DNA from: Vicinamibacterales bacterium | GTDB lineage: Bacteria > Acidobacteriota > Vicinamibacteria > Vicinamibacterales > SCN-69-37 | Length of the DNA: 64,000 nt | Direction of reading: 5' to 3' | NCBI GenBank assembly: GCA_035633215.1 | Contig: DASQFI010000045.1 | Coordinates: 76,316 to 140,315 of the forward strand | Shown here: in pieces, positions 35,763-44,369 of the stretch | Layout of the letters: each line of letters starts with the position of its first letter | Numbering within the stretch: the first letter of the stretch is position 1 | Notes under the pieces: model-generated | The model's database searches: none | Told to the model about the DNA's origin: nothing | What the model saw: only the letters and a program-made list of their open reading frames with translations | Position numbers and translations under genes: made by a program

Positions 35763-36721
35763 GGACGCAGTTGGCATCCTCCTGGCTGTCGTCGTCCCCG
35801 CCCACCACCGCGATCGAGATCGCCAGCCGCCGTGTCACCGTCGTCGAGATGGGGCAGTCGGGCGGCATGGCCTCCGTGGTCGCGTTTGCGTCCGAGCCGC
35901 TGCCTGACGACGCGGTCGTGCCCGGGCTCACCGGCACGAACATCGCCCGCCCCGACGTCGTCATCAGCGCGCTGAGAGCCTCGCTGACCCGTGCGGGTCT
36001 GCTGTCGCGGCGCCGGGCGGCGCTGCTCGTTCCCGACAGCGTGGCGCGCGTCACGCTTCTCGGCCTGGAGCAGATTCCGGCCAAGGCCGCCGACCTGGAG
36101 CAACTGGTCCGCTGGCAGGTGAAGAAGGGGACGCCGTTCCCGATTGACGAGGCGCAGGTAGCTTTTTTCGTCGCGAATACCGACGGCGCGACCACGAACC
36201 TCGCGGCGGTCGTCGCCCGGCGGGATGTGATCGCGCAATACGAAGCCGTCACGGACGCGGTCGCGGTGCATGCCGGCCTGGTCGATCTCTCGAGCTTCAA
36301 CGTGATCAACGCGGTGGTCGCCTCCGGCGCGGCGCCGCCCGGAGACTGGCTGCTCGTCTCGCTTGCGCCCGAAGCGACGACGCTCGCGATCATGCGCGGG
36401 CACCAGCTGATGTTCTACCGGCATCGGCTCACGGGGGACGAAGAGGGGCTGAGCTCGCTCGTGCACCAGACGGCGATGTATCACGAGGATCGACTGGGCG
36501 GCTCGGAATTCGCGCGGGTGTGGCTCTGCGGCGGCACGTTCGTCGGCGCGAGCGCCGAGCAGGCACGCGACGAGATCAGCGACCGGCTCGGCGTGCCGGC
36601 CGAAGTGGTCGACGTCCGGCCGGGCGCGCAGCTCCGCGATCGCATGCACGCGTCCGTCGACGTGCTGGACCTGCTCGCGGGGCCGGTCGGTCTGCTGCTG
36701 CGGGATCGGAAAGCGGCGTAG
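35759..36721 (+). CDS. PilM-like actin-fold pilus/secretion assembly protein
   Basis: ATGA overlap with the ATPase stop. Size, position and pattern (IEIASRRVTVVEM..., LVDLSSFNVINAV) fit PilM. Confidence 0.8.
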   Translation: MRTQLASSWLSSSPPTTAIEIASRRVTVVEMGQSGGMASVVAFASEPLPDDAVVPGLTGTNIARPDVVISALRASLTRAGLLSRRRAALLVPDSVARVTLLGLEQIPAKAADLEQLVRWQVKKGTPFPIDEAQVAFFVANTDGATTNLAAVVARRDVIAQYEAVTDAVAVHAGLVDLSSFNVINAVVASGAAPPGDWLLVSLAPEATTLAIMRGHQLMFYRHRLTGDEEGLSSLVHQTAMYHEDRLGGSEFARVWLCGGTFVGASAEQARDEISDRLGVPAEVVDVRPGAQLRDRMHASVDVLDLLAGPVGLLLRDRKAA

Positions 36722-36727
36722 ATTCAG

Positions 36728-37342
36728 ATGCTCAAAGGCAACCTCTCCACACGGCCCTTCTACAACGAAAAAGTGGTGTCGCTCGCGCTCGGCGGCATCC
36801 TGCTGGTAGCGGTCGGGCTGACCGTGTTCAACGTCATCCAGCTCGTCTCGCTGTCACGAGAGCGGCGCGTGCTGAACTCGCACATCGAACGCGACCGCGC
36901 CGAAGCCGCGCGCATCAGCGCGCAGGCCGACGCGATCCAGCGCACCGTCGATCGGTCGCGCTTGCAGCTCCTCGCCGGCGGCACGCGCGAAGCCAACGCC
37001 CTCATCGACCAGCGCACGTTCTCGTGGACGGAGTTCTTCGGGTTGATCGAAAAGACGCTGCCGCGGGATGTCCGATTGATCGGCGTGACGCCGCGGGTCG
37101 AACAGGGCGAGTTCAAGATCGCGATGCGGCTCATGGCCCGAACGCCCGACGACGTGGCGAAGTTTTCCGACAGCCTGACCGGCACGGGCTACTTTTACGA
37201 CGTCATTCCGATGGAAACGCAGCGAAATGACGACGACACGGACACGCTGACGCTTGTGGCCGGCTACCTGCCGCCCGTGAACCCGAACCCCGGCCGCAAG
37301 GGCGGGCCCACGCCGCCGGGGAAGCGAGGCGAGCGGCCATGA
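36728..37342 (+). CDS. PilN-like bitopic membrane protein
   Basis: Short cytoplasmic N-terminus, one TM, coiled coil, then WTEFFGLIEKTLPRDVRLIGV pattern typical of PilN. Confidence 0.7.
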   Translation: MLKGNLSTRPFYNEKVVSLALGGILLVAVGLTVFNVIQLVSLSRERRVLNSHIERDRAEAARISAQADAIQRTVDRSRLQLLAGGTREANALIDQRTFSWTEFFGLIEKTLPRDVRLIGVTPRVEQGEFKIAMRLMARTPDDVAKFSDSLTGTGYFYDVIPMETQRNDDDTDTLTLVAGYLPPVNPNPGRKGGPTPPGKRGERP

Positions 37343-37932
37343 GTCTCTGGCGACGCGTCGTCACCGAGCGCCGCGCGGCGGTCCTGCCGCTGATGGTCTT
37401 TCTGCTCGCCAACGTCGCGGTCCTCGCGCTCGGCGTCTTCCCGCTCGAACGGAGTGTCGCCGGCCTGAAGCAGAGCGAGCTGGACGCGCTCACGGCGCGG
37501 GGCCAGGCGCAGAAGCTCGAAGCGGCCGCGAAGGCCGCGCAGGTCGGCAAGGATCGCGCCGAGGAGGAGCTGAAGAAGTTCTATTCGCAGATTCTCCCGG
37601 TCGACGCGCAGGCGGCGAGCCAGTTGACGTACGCATGGCTCGATCGGCTCGCGAAGGAATCTGGCGTCGAGTTCGATCGCAGCACGTTCAAGGAGGACGA
37701 CGTTCGCGAGAGCCGCCTCAAGAGGTGGACGGGGAAACCCAAGCTCGTCGGCGACTACGCGAGCATCCGAAAGTTTCTCTACGCCGTCGAAACGGCCGAG
37801 GAGTTCGTCATCATCGAAGAGGTCGGATTGTCGCAGCTCGAAGCCGCGCGCGGCGGAGATCTCCTGGTGCTCGAGCTGAGCCTGGCGACGTACTTTCTTC
37901 CACGCTCCCAGGCTGGAGTGTTCGCGAAGTGA
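37339..37932 (+). CDS. PilO-like bitopic membrane protein
   Basis: ATGA overlap with pilN-like. One TM plus coiled coil plus ferredoxin-like C-terminal region. Assigned mainly by position. Confidence 0.6.
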   Translation: MSLWRRVVTERRAAVLPLMVFLLANVAVLALGVFPLERSVAGLKQSELDALTARGQAQKLEAAAKAAQVGKDRAEEELKKFYSQILPVDAQAASQLTYAWLDRLAKESGVEFDRSTFKEDDVRESRLKRWTGKPKLVGDYASIRKFLYAVETAEEFVIIEEVGLSQLEAARGGDLLVLELSLATYFLPRSQAGVFAK

Positions 37933-38501
37933 AACTCCTTCCTCCACCGGGCGCTCACCGTAATCGGCAATTGGTCCTGCTCGGCCTGACGTTGGTCGCG
38001 CTCGTGTTCGTCGTCCGGAACTTCGTCGTGCCGGAAATCTCCAACGGCGAACCGGCTACGGCGCCGCTCCGAACGTCCAATCCCCAGGTTCGCCAAACGG
38101 CAGGCACGCCGAACGCGGCCTCGCAGCTGCCTGAGCCGTTGAAGCTCACGTCGCTCGAACCGGTGCCGGACGCGCCGGAGGTCGGGCGCAATCCGTTTGC
38201 CTTCGGCGCACTCCCCAAGCCGCCGATCGCGGCGCCGCCGCCGCAGGTGTATCAGCCGCCGGCGCCGCCGCCGCCTCCGCCATGGCCGCCGCCGATTGGT
38301 TTGAAGCTCGTGACGATCGTGGACGGGCCGGACGGACGACGACAGGCGAGTTTGAAAGATCCGGTGAGCGGGACGACGTTTCTCGCACCTGAAGGGGCGA
38401 TCGTGGATGGCCGCTACAAGGTGCTCAAGGTTGCGCAGACATCGGTGGTCGTGTCGTACGTCGATGGCAGCGGCCAGCGAGTGCTGACGTTTGGTGGGTA
38501 A
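37929..38501 (+). CDS. Pro-rich membrane protein in the PilP/GspC position
   Basis: GTGA overlap with pilO-like. One TM, PPPQVYQPPAPPPPPPWPPP linker, C-terminal beta-rich domain (LKLVTIVDG...YKVLKV...VVVSY) resembling the PilP/GspC HR domain. Confidence 0.5.
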   Translation: MKLLPPPGAHRNRQLVLLGLTLVALVFVVRNFVVPEISNGEPATAPLRTSNPQVRQTAGTPNAASQLPEPLKLTSLEPVPDAPEVGRNPFAFGALPKPPIAAPPPQVYQPPAPPPPPPWPPPIGLKLVTIVDGPDGRRQASLKDPVSGTTFLAPEGAIVDGRYKVLKVAQTSVVVSYVDGSGQRVLTFGG

Positions 38502-38513
38502 AAGGAGCGACTG

Positions 38514-40889
38514 GTGAACTCAAGAATCCGGGCGGTCGTCGCGGGGCTGGCGCTCGTCGTGGCCGCCGGATGCGCGACCGGAAGCAGGATTCGAAGCGCG
38601 GACGCAGCCGGGCTTCGCGGCGATTGGGACACGGCCGTGGCGTACTACCGGGAGGCACTGGCGCGCGATCCCAACCGCGTCGACGTCAAGGTCAAGCTCC
38701 AGCGGGCGACGCGCAATGCGTCGGGCGAGCATCTCAAGCGCGCGAAAGACCTCGAAGCGCAGGATCAGCTGCCGGGTGCCATCGCCGAGTACCGTTTGGC
38801 GGGGGCGCTGGATCCCGGCAACACGCTGGCTGCCACCAAGGCCTCCGAGCTCGAGCGGAAGATCCGCGAGCAGCTCGAGGCGGCGCGTCCGCGGTCCCGC
38901 GTCGACGAACTGCGTCAGCAGGCGGCGCAGCAGTCGGGCGTTCCGAAGCTCGATCCGCGCACGCCGATTCCGTTCCTCCGTAACGCAGGGTCGGTTCGCG
39001 ACTTGTTGCGTGCGATCTCCGAGCTGACCGGCATCGGCGTCACGTACGAGCAAGGTTCCATGGGAGTCGTCGACCGGCCATTTCCGTTCGAGATCCGCAA
39101 CCAGTCCGTTGAGGAAGCCCTTGCGCAGATCATGTCTGCCAACCGGCTGACGTACAAAGTTATCGGCCAGAACACGATCTTCGTCTACGCGGACACGCCG
39201 CAGCTGCGGCAGCAGTACGAAGACCAGTACGTGCAGCCGTTCTTCCTGTCGCACGCCGACGCGGCCGAAGTCGCGGGCACGCTGAACCAGCTCCTGTCAC
39301 AGGGCGCGACCGGAAGCCGGCCGCAGATTCAGGTCAACAAGAACGGCAACATGCTCATCATCAAGGGCTCGCTGCCGGTGCTCACGACGATTGACAACAT
39401 CATCCGCACGCTGGACAAGCCCCGCGCTGAAGTGATGATCGAAGCGGAGATCCTCGAGGTCGATCGCCTCTTCCTGAAGCAGGTCGGGCTGGACCTGAGT
39501 CAATGGGCGCTCGGGTTCACCTATTCCCCGGAGCTCGCGCCGACCGCGGGCGGGCTTCCGCCGACGCCGCCGCCGCCGATCAACATGAACACGCTTCGTC
39601 AGGGCACGAGCGTCAACGACTTCTACGTCACGGTGCCAAGCGCGCTCGTGCAGCTGCTCGAATCGGATGCGCGGACGAAGGTGCTCGCCAAGCCCCAGAT
39701 TCGCGGGCGGGAGGGCATGACCGTCAACCTGGGGCTGGGTGATGAAGTGCCGCAGCCCCAGACCGTCTTCCAGGCGTCGGCCGCCGGCGGCATCGCCAAC
39801 GTGCCCGCGACGCAGGTGCAGTACCGCAGAATCGGCGTCAACTTGATCTTCACGCCGCGCGTTACCTATCAGGGCGAGATCATTCTCGAGAACATGACGC
39901 TCGAAAAGAGTGGACTCGGCGCGAACCTCGAGGTTGGCGGCCAGACGTTTCCGACGTTCGTCACGCGGACCGCCCAGACGACCATTCGCCTTCGCGACGG
40001 AGAGTCCAACCTGCTGGCCGGGTTGATTCGCGACGAGAGCCGCAGGACTGCGACGTCGTTTCCGGGGCTCACGGGCCTGCCGATTCTTCGAAACATTTTC
40101 GGGAACACCCAGACGCAGGTCGATCAGACGGACGTCGTGATGATCATCACGCCGCGCATCGTTCGGGGCCACGAGCTGACGGTCAGCGACTTCAAGCCCC
40201 AGTTCGTCGGCGTCGGCCAGAACTTCGGATCGGGCGCGGTGCCGCCACTGATTTCGCCCGACGCTCCGCCGCCGGCTCCGGTCGTGCCGGCCGGTGCGGC
40301 CGGTCAGCCGGGAACGCCGCCGCCAGGGGTGCCGCCCGGAACCGTGTCGATGGGCGTGCCACCCGGTCAGACCGCCACGCCGGCCACGACCACGGCGACG
40401 CCGCCGCGCGCACCGGGAGTGGTGCCGATTCAACCGGTGACGCCCGCGGCCGAACCCGCCGCCACGCCGCCATCGCAGGGAAAGGTCGTGGTGACGGCTC
40501 CGACGGCGGCGCTTCAGGTCGGCGCGCCGTATACGGTCCCCATTTCGGTCGAGGGCATCAGCCAGCAGCTGGGCGTCCTCTCGCTGACCGTGACGTACGA
40601 TCCGACCGTGCTGCGCGCCGTCAACGTCGTGCAGGGCACGCACATGCAGCAGGGCGGCGTGACGACGACGTTCGCGCCGAAGATCGACGCCGCAACGGGC
40701 CGAGTGGACATCGCGATCGCGCGTCCGTTCGACCGGCCCGGAGTCACGGGGCCCGGCGTGCTTGGCGCGGTGGCGTTCGAAGCGGTCCGCCCGGGGACGT
40801 CGCCGATCAGCATCCAGGGCGTCCTGACGACGACGTCGGGACAGCCAATCCCCGTCCAGATGGTTTCGGGGACCGTCACAGTGAAATGA
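38514..40889 (+). CDS. Secretin (GspD/PilQ family) lipoprotein with N-terminal TPR module and C-terminal cohesin-like domain
   Basis: AAGGAG 6 nt before GTG 38514. Lipobox LVVAAGC. TPR-like residues ~30-110. Secretin core (LAKPQIRGREGMTV...GLPILRNIFGN...VVMIITPRIV). C-terminal ~140 aa (TVPISVEG...LSLTVTYDPTVLRAVNVVQG...) is cohesin-like. Confidence 0.9.
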   Translation: MNSRIRAVVAGLALVVAAGCATGSRIRSADAAGLRGDWDTAVAYYREALARDPNRVDVKVKLQRATRNASGEHLKRAKDLEAQDQLPGAIAEYRLAGALDPGNTLAATKASELERKIREQLEAARPRSRVDELRQQAAQQSGVPKLDPRTPIPFLRNAGSVRDLLRAISELTGIGVTYEQGSMGVVDRPFPFEIRNQSVEEALAQIMSANRLTYKVIGQNTIFVYADTPQLRQQYEDQYVQPFFLSHADAAEVAGTLNQLLSQGATGSRPQIQVNKNGNMLIIKGSLPVLTTIDNIIRTLDKPRAEVMIEAEILEVDRLFLKQVGLDLSQWALGFTYSPELAPTAGGLPPTPPPPINMNTLRQGTSVNDFYVTVPSALVQLLESDARTKVLAKPQIRGREGMTVNLGLGDEVPQPQTVFQASAAGGIANVPATQVQYRRIGVNLIFTPRVTYQGEIILENMTLEKSGLGANLEVGGQTFPTFVTRTAQTTIRLRDGESNLLAGLIRDESRRTATSFPGLTGLPILRNIFGNTQTQVDQTDVVMIITPRIVRGHELTVSDFKPQFVGVGQNFGSGAVPPLISPDAPPPAPVVPAGAAGQPGTPPPGVPPGTVSMGVPPGQTATPATTTATPPRAPGVVPIQPVTPAAEPAATPPSQGKVVVTAPTAALQVGAPYTVPISVEGISQQLGVLSLTVTYDPTVLRAVNVVQGTHMQQGGVTTTFAPKIDAATGRVDIAIARPFDRPGVTGPGVLGAVAFEAVRPGTSPISIQGVLTTTSGQPIPVQMVSGTVTVK

Positions 40890-40916
40890 CGCTGACGGTT
40901 GTGCGGGTGACTTGTC

Positions 40917-41396
40917 ATGAAATGGCTTCGTAAATCGGTCGCGGGGTTCACGTTCGTCGAGCTCATCATCGCGACGGCAGTGATGATGATCCTCGCCTCG
41001 GCGGCGCTGCCGATTGCGCGCGTGTCGATCAAGCGTCAGCGCGAAAAGGAGCTGCGATACACGCTGCGCGAGATGCGGGTCGCGATCGACAAGTTCAAGG
41101 ACTACGCCGACACGGGGCGAATCGCGACGTTCGAGGTGCAGTTCGGCAGCGAAGGCTATCCATCGTCGCTCGACGTCCTGGTCGAGGGCGTGGCGATGGC
41201 CAACGACACCACGGGGCGCAAGCTCAAGTTCCTCCGCCGCATTCCGATCGATCCGATGTCCGGGCGCGCCGAATGGGGCATGCGCGCGTATCAGGATTCG
41301 CCGGATTCCAAGGTCTGGGGCGGCCAGAACGTCTACGACGTGTATTCCAAGACCGAGGGGATCGCGCTCAACGGCACGAAGTACCGCGATTGGTGA
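40917..41396 (+). CDS. GspG-like major pseudopilin, copy 1
   Basis: Prepilin motif G|FTFVELIIATAV. GspG-like body (RVAIDKFKDY...YPSSLDVLV...RRIPIDPMSG...YDVYSK...YRDW). Confidence 0.85.
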   Translation: MKWLRKSVAGFTFVELIIATAVMMILASAALPIARVSIKRQREKELRYTLREMRVAIDKFKDYADTGRIATFEVQFGSEGYPSSLDVLVEGVAMANDTTGRKLKFLRRIPIDPMSGRAEWGMRAYQDSPDSKVWGGQNVYDVYSKTEGIALNGTKYRDW

Positions 41397-41401
41397 GCAT
41401 C

Positions 41402-41848
41402 ATGCAGATCACCACAGCATTCCGGAATGGACCTCGGGGGTCTAAAGACCCCCGAGGTCTTTCGTCCGACCGCGGCTGGACGATGATCGAGCTGCTCATC
41501 GTCATCTCGATCATCATGATTCTGGCGGCGATGGCGTTGACGCAGTATCGGAACTCGATTCTGTACGCGAAAGAAGCGGCGCTCAAGTCCGACCTGTTTC
41601 AGATGCGCGACGCCATCGACCAGTACTACGCCGACAAGGGCAAATATCCCGAGTCGCTGCAGTCGCTGGTGTCCGAGAGCTATCTGCGCGGCATTCCGCG
41701 AGATCCGTTCACGAATTCGTCGGATACCTGGGCGACGACGGCCGCCGATCCGCAGCCGGGACAGCTCTCGAGTCAGACCGGGGTGTACGACGTGAAGAGC
41801 GGCTCGGATCTGAACGCGAGCGACGGCAGCCGCTACGCAGACTGGTGA
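41402..41848 (+). CDS. GspG-like pseudopilin, copy 2, with long leader
   Basis: G|WTMIELLIVISI. RDAIDQYYADKGKYPESLQSLV...YLRGIPRDPF...YDVKSGSD...YADW. ATG 41402 is the only in-frame start upstream of the cleavage motif. Confidence 0.8.
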   Translation: MQITTAFRNGPRGSKDPRGLSSDRGWTMIELLIVISIIMILAAMALTQYRNSILYAKEAALKSDLFQMRDAIDQYYADKGKYPESLQSLVSESYLRGIPRDPFTNSSDTWATTAADPQPGQLSSQTGVYDVKSGSDLNASDGSRYADW

Positions 41849-41856
41849 GGCACCGC

Positions 41857-42324
41857 ATGAACACGCGCCGAAGCCCGGCAATCCGCCGACTTGCTCACAT
41901 TCTCCTTGCCGCGGGTGTCATCGCGTCGCTGACGCCCGCCGGCGGCTGTGACAAAGTGGCGCTCGTTGCGCCCACCGGCTCCGAACTGACGCTCGTCGCT
42001 ACCGCCGCGTCGGTGCCGGCGGATGGATCGATCGAGATTACGGCCGTCATCTTCGAAGGCGGCTACGGTCCGGGCAGCGGTCAGAACTCGGGCACGGCCA
42101 TCACACCCGGTATCGGTGAGCCGGTACGCGACGGCACCAACGTCGCCTTCGTCACGACACTCGGGCGGTTCGAGTCAGCTGTGGCGACCACGACCGACGG
42201 CAAGGCGACCGTCAAGTTCTTTGGCGATGGCCGCGCTGGCACGGCAAAAGTCACGGGCGTCTCGGGACCCGCCTCGGCTACGATCGACATTCTGATAACC
42301 GCGACTGGCGCGACGAGCCGGTAG
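41857..42324 (+). CDS. Lipoprotein with bacterial Ig-like (Big_1/invasin-type) domain
   Basis: Lipobox LTPAGGC. Pattern LTLVATAASVPADGSIEITAVI...NVAFVTTLGRF...TTDGKATVKF...GTAKVTGVSG typical of Big domains. GTG 41845 is an alternative start. Confidence 0.55.
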   Translation: MNTRRSPAIRRLAHILLAAGVIASLTPAGGCDKVALVAPTGSELTLVATAASVPADGSIEITAVIFEGGYGPGSGQNSGTAITPGIGEPVRDGTNVAFVTTLGRFESAVATTTDGKATVKFFGDGRAGTAKVTGVSGPASATIDILITATGATSR

Positions 42325-42341
42325 GGGCCTTTAACAGTAGT

Positions 42342-43157
42342 GTGTCGATCATGACGAGTGCGCGCCACGACATCGCGGCTTCGAGCGGGCTCCGGCGGCG
42401 CGACGACGGGTACATCCTGGTCGTCCTGCTGATCGGGATGGCCGTGGCGGCGATCTGGATGAGCGCCGCGCTGCCTGCATGGCGCCAGCAATCGATGCGC
42501 GAGAAAGAGCTCGACCTGATCTTCCGCGGCGAGCAATACGCGCGCGCCATCGCGCTCTACCAGATCAAGAACAACTCGTATCCACTCGACATCGACGTCC
42601 TCATCTCACAGCGTTACCTGCGCAAGAAGTGGAAGGACCCGGTAACCGGAGAGGACTTTCAACCGGTCGGCATTACCACGCCGGGCACGGGCACGACGCC
42701 GGGCCGATCGGGGACGACGCCGGGGACCACGCCTGCGAGAGGCGTCACGCCCGGGATGCCCGCGCGCGGCGCCACACCGCAACAAACGGCCACGCCAGGC
42801 CGCTCACCTCAAGGACTCTCGTTCGGCAACCAGCCGCTCGTCGGCGGCATCACGGGCGTGCGCAGCCTGAGCCAGGCGACGTCGATCCGCGTGTACAACG
42901 GCCAGCAGCAGCACAATCTCTGGCAGTTCGACGCGGCGATGCTGATGGCGCGCATGGGACGCAATCAGGCGCCGCCCGGCGGCGGGCCGGCACGTGGACG
43001 AGGCGACGGCCGCGCCGGTCCTGGAGTGCGGCAAGGCGTACCGGGGGGAGTGCCGGGCGGAGTGCCGGGCCGCGGTGTTGGTCCTGGCGGTCGTGGTGGC
43101 ATGCCGCCGCCTCCACCTCCGCCCGGCGGACCGGGACGCGGAGCCGGAAGTGAATGA
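42342..43157 (+). CDS. Divergent pseudopilin-like protein with Gly/Pro/Thr-rich low-complexity tail
   Basis: G|YILVVLLIGMAV hydrophobic N-terminus without Glu at +5. REKELDLIFRGEQYARAIALYQ resembles T2SS minor pseudopilins. C-terminal half is TPG and GGVPG repeats and a PPPPPPP run. Confidence 0.5.
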   Translation: MSIMTSARHDIAASSGLRRRDDGYILVVLLIGMAVAAIWMSAALPAWRQQSMREKELDLIFRGEQYARAIALYQIKNNSYPLDIDVLISQRYLRKKWKDPVTGEDFQPVGITTPGTGTTPGRSGTTPGTTPARGVTPGMPARGATPQQTATPGRSPQGLSFGNQPLVGGITGVRSLSQATSIRVYNGQQQHNLWQFDAAMLMARMGRNQAPPGGGPARGRGDGRAGPGVRQGVPGGVPGGVPGRGVGPGGRGGMPPPPPPPGGPGRGAGSE

Positions 43158-43279
43158 AGGCAGTGAAGGGGTGAAGAACATGAAGGAAAGCGCTGGTCTT
43201 TGATATCGCTGCTGCGGTCAGGATCGATTTCAAAGACGAGTGCTTGTCTTCATGTTCTTCACCCCTTCACTGCCTTCAT
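43154..43279. repeat. 32-bp perfect inverted repeat (62-nt spacer) between convergent genes
   Basis: atgaaggcagtgaaggggtgaagaacatgaag (43154-43185) pairs with cttcatgttcttcaccccttcactgccttcat (43248-43279). The arms overlap both stop codons. A related half-copy lies at 16945-16979. Confidence 0.85.
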
Positions 43280-44305
43280 GACTGCGTCGTGGATCTTCGG
43301 ACGCAGCGCGACGTGCTGTTCGTTCGCGCGTGTCGGATGTACGCGATTCGTCAGCAACACCACGTACAGATCGTTCTCCCAGTCGATCCACAGTGACGTA
43401 CCGGTGAATCCCGTGTGACCGATCGCGGTGGGGGAGAGCCGCGTGCCGCATGACGAGGTGGGGAGCATCGTGTCCCAGCCGAGCGCGCGGGAGCTCTCGG
43501 GCACGTCCGATCGCGTAGCGAAGAGCCGCATGAGCTCGGGCGGGCCGAGCGGCCCGGGCGCGTGAAACGTCCTGAGCACCAGCCGCGCGAACGCGCCAAC
43601 GGCTGGCGCCGTGCCGAACAGCCCCGCATGCGCCGCGACGCCGCCGAGCGCCGCCGCGTTCTCGTCGTGCACCTCGCCGCGGAGCAGTCGCGCGCGCCAC
43701 GGGTCGTGTTCCGTCGGCGCGATGCGATCGATCAGCTCGGCGCGCGGGTTGAACCAGATTTCGCCGAGCTCCGCGGACAGACGTTGAAACTGCGCGTCGA
43801 GCGTGGCGGTCGCGGCGGTCTCGAGCGCGAAGCCGAGGAGCATGAAACCCGGATCGGAGTACACCGATTTCGTGCCGGGCGCGCGCTCGAGCGGCAGGTC
43901 CGCGATCGCGCGCTCGAACCCCGCGCGGCCGCTCACGGTCTCCCACAGCGTGGCGTGGGCGGGCAATCCGGACGAGTGCGTCAGCAAGTGCCGGATCGAG
44001 ATGGCTCCGCGGTCTCCGGTCGCGAAGGCAGGCACGAACGTGCCGACCGCCGAGTCGAGCGCGAGCCGCGCGCCGTCAACCAGCCGCATCGCGATCGACG
44101 TCGTCGAGATGACCTTCGTGAGCGAGGCGAGATCGAAGATCGTCTCGACCTCGCAGACCGTCGCGTCCGCGTCGTACGTCAGTCGACCGAACGCCGCCTG
44201 CCAGATCGGTCCGGCCCGTCGACCGACTTCGATCGTCGCCGCCGGAAACGCGCGTGCGTCAATTCCGGATTGGATGATCTGTCTCGCACCTGCAAAGCCA
44301 TGCAT
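43259..44305 (-). CDS. Serine hydrolase, beta-lactamase/transpeptidase-like family
   Basis: SxxK motif FDLASLTKVIST. 348 aa. C-terminal HTGFTGTSLWIDW. Confidence 0.85.
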   Translation of the reverse strand: MHGFAGARQIIQSGIDARAFPAATIEVGRRAGPIWQAAFGRLTYDADATVCEVETIFDLASLTKVISTTSIAMRLVDGARLALDSAVGTFVPAFATGDRGAISIRHLLTHSSGLPAHATLWETVSGRAGFERAIADLPLERAPGTKSVYSDPGFMLLGFALETAATATLDAQFQRLSAELGEIWFNPRAELIDRIAPTEHDPWRARLLRGEVHDENAAALGGVAAHAGLFGTAPAVGAFARLVLRTFHAPGPLGPPELMRLFATRSDVPESSRALGWDTMLPTSSCGTRLSPTAIGHTGFTGTSLWIDWENDLYVVLLTNRVHPTRANEQHVALRPKIHDAVMKAVKG

Positions 44306-44369
44306 CAGCCTGAATCGTATCGTCTCTGAGCCTCCTTGGCCGCCGTAGCGCCCTCGGCGCGTAGGTGGC

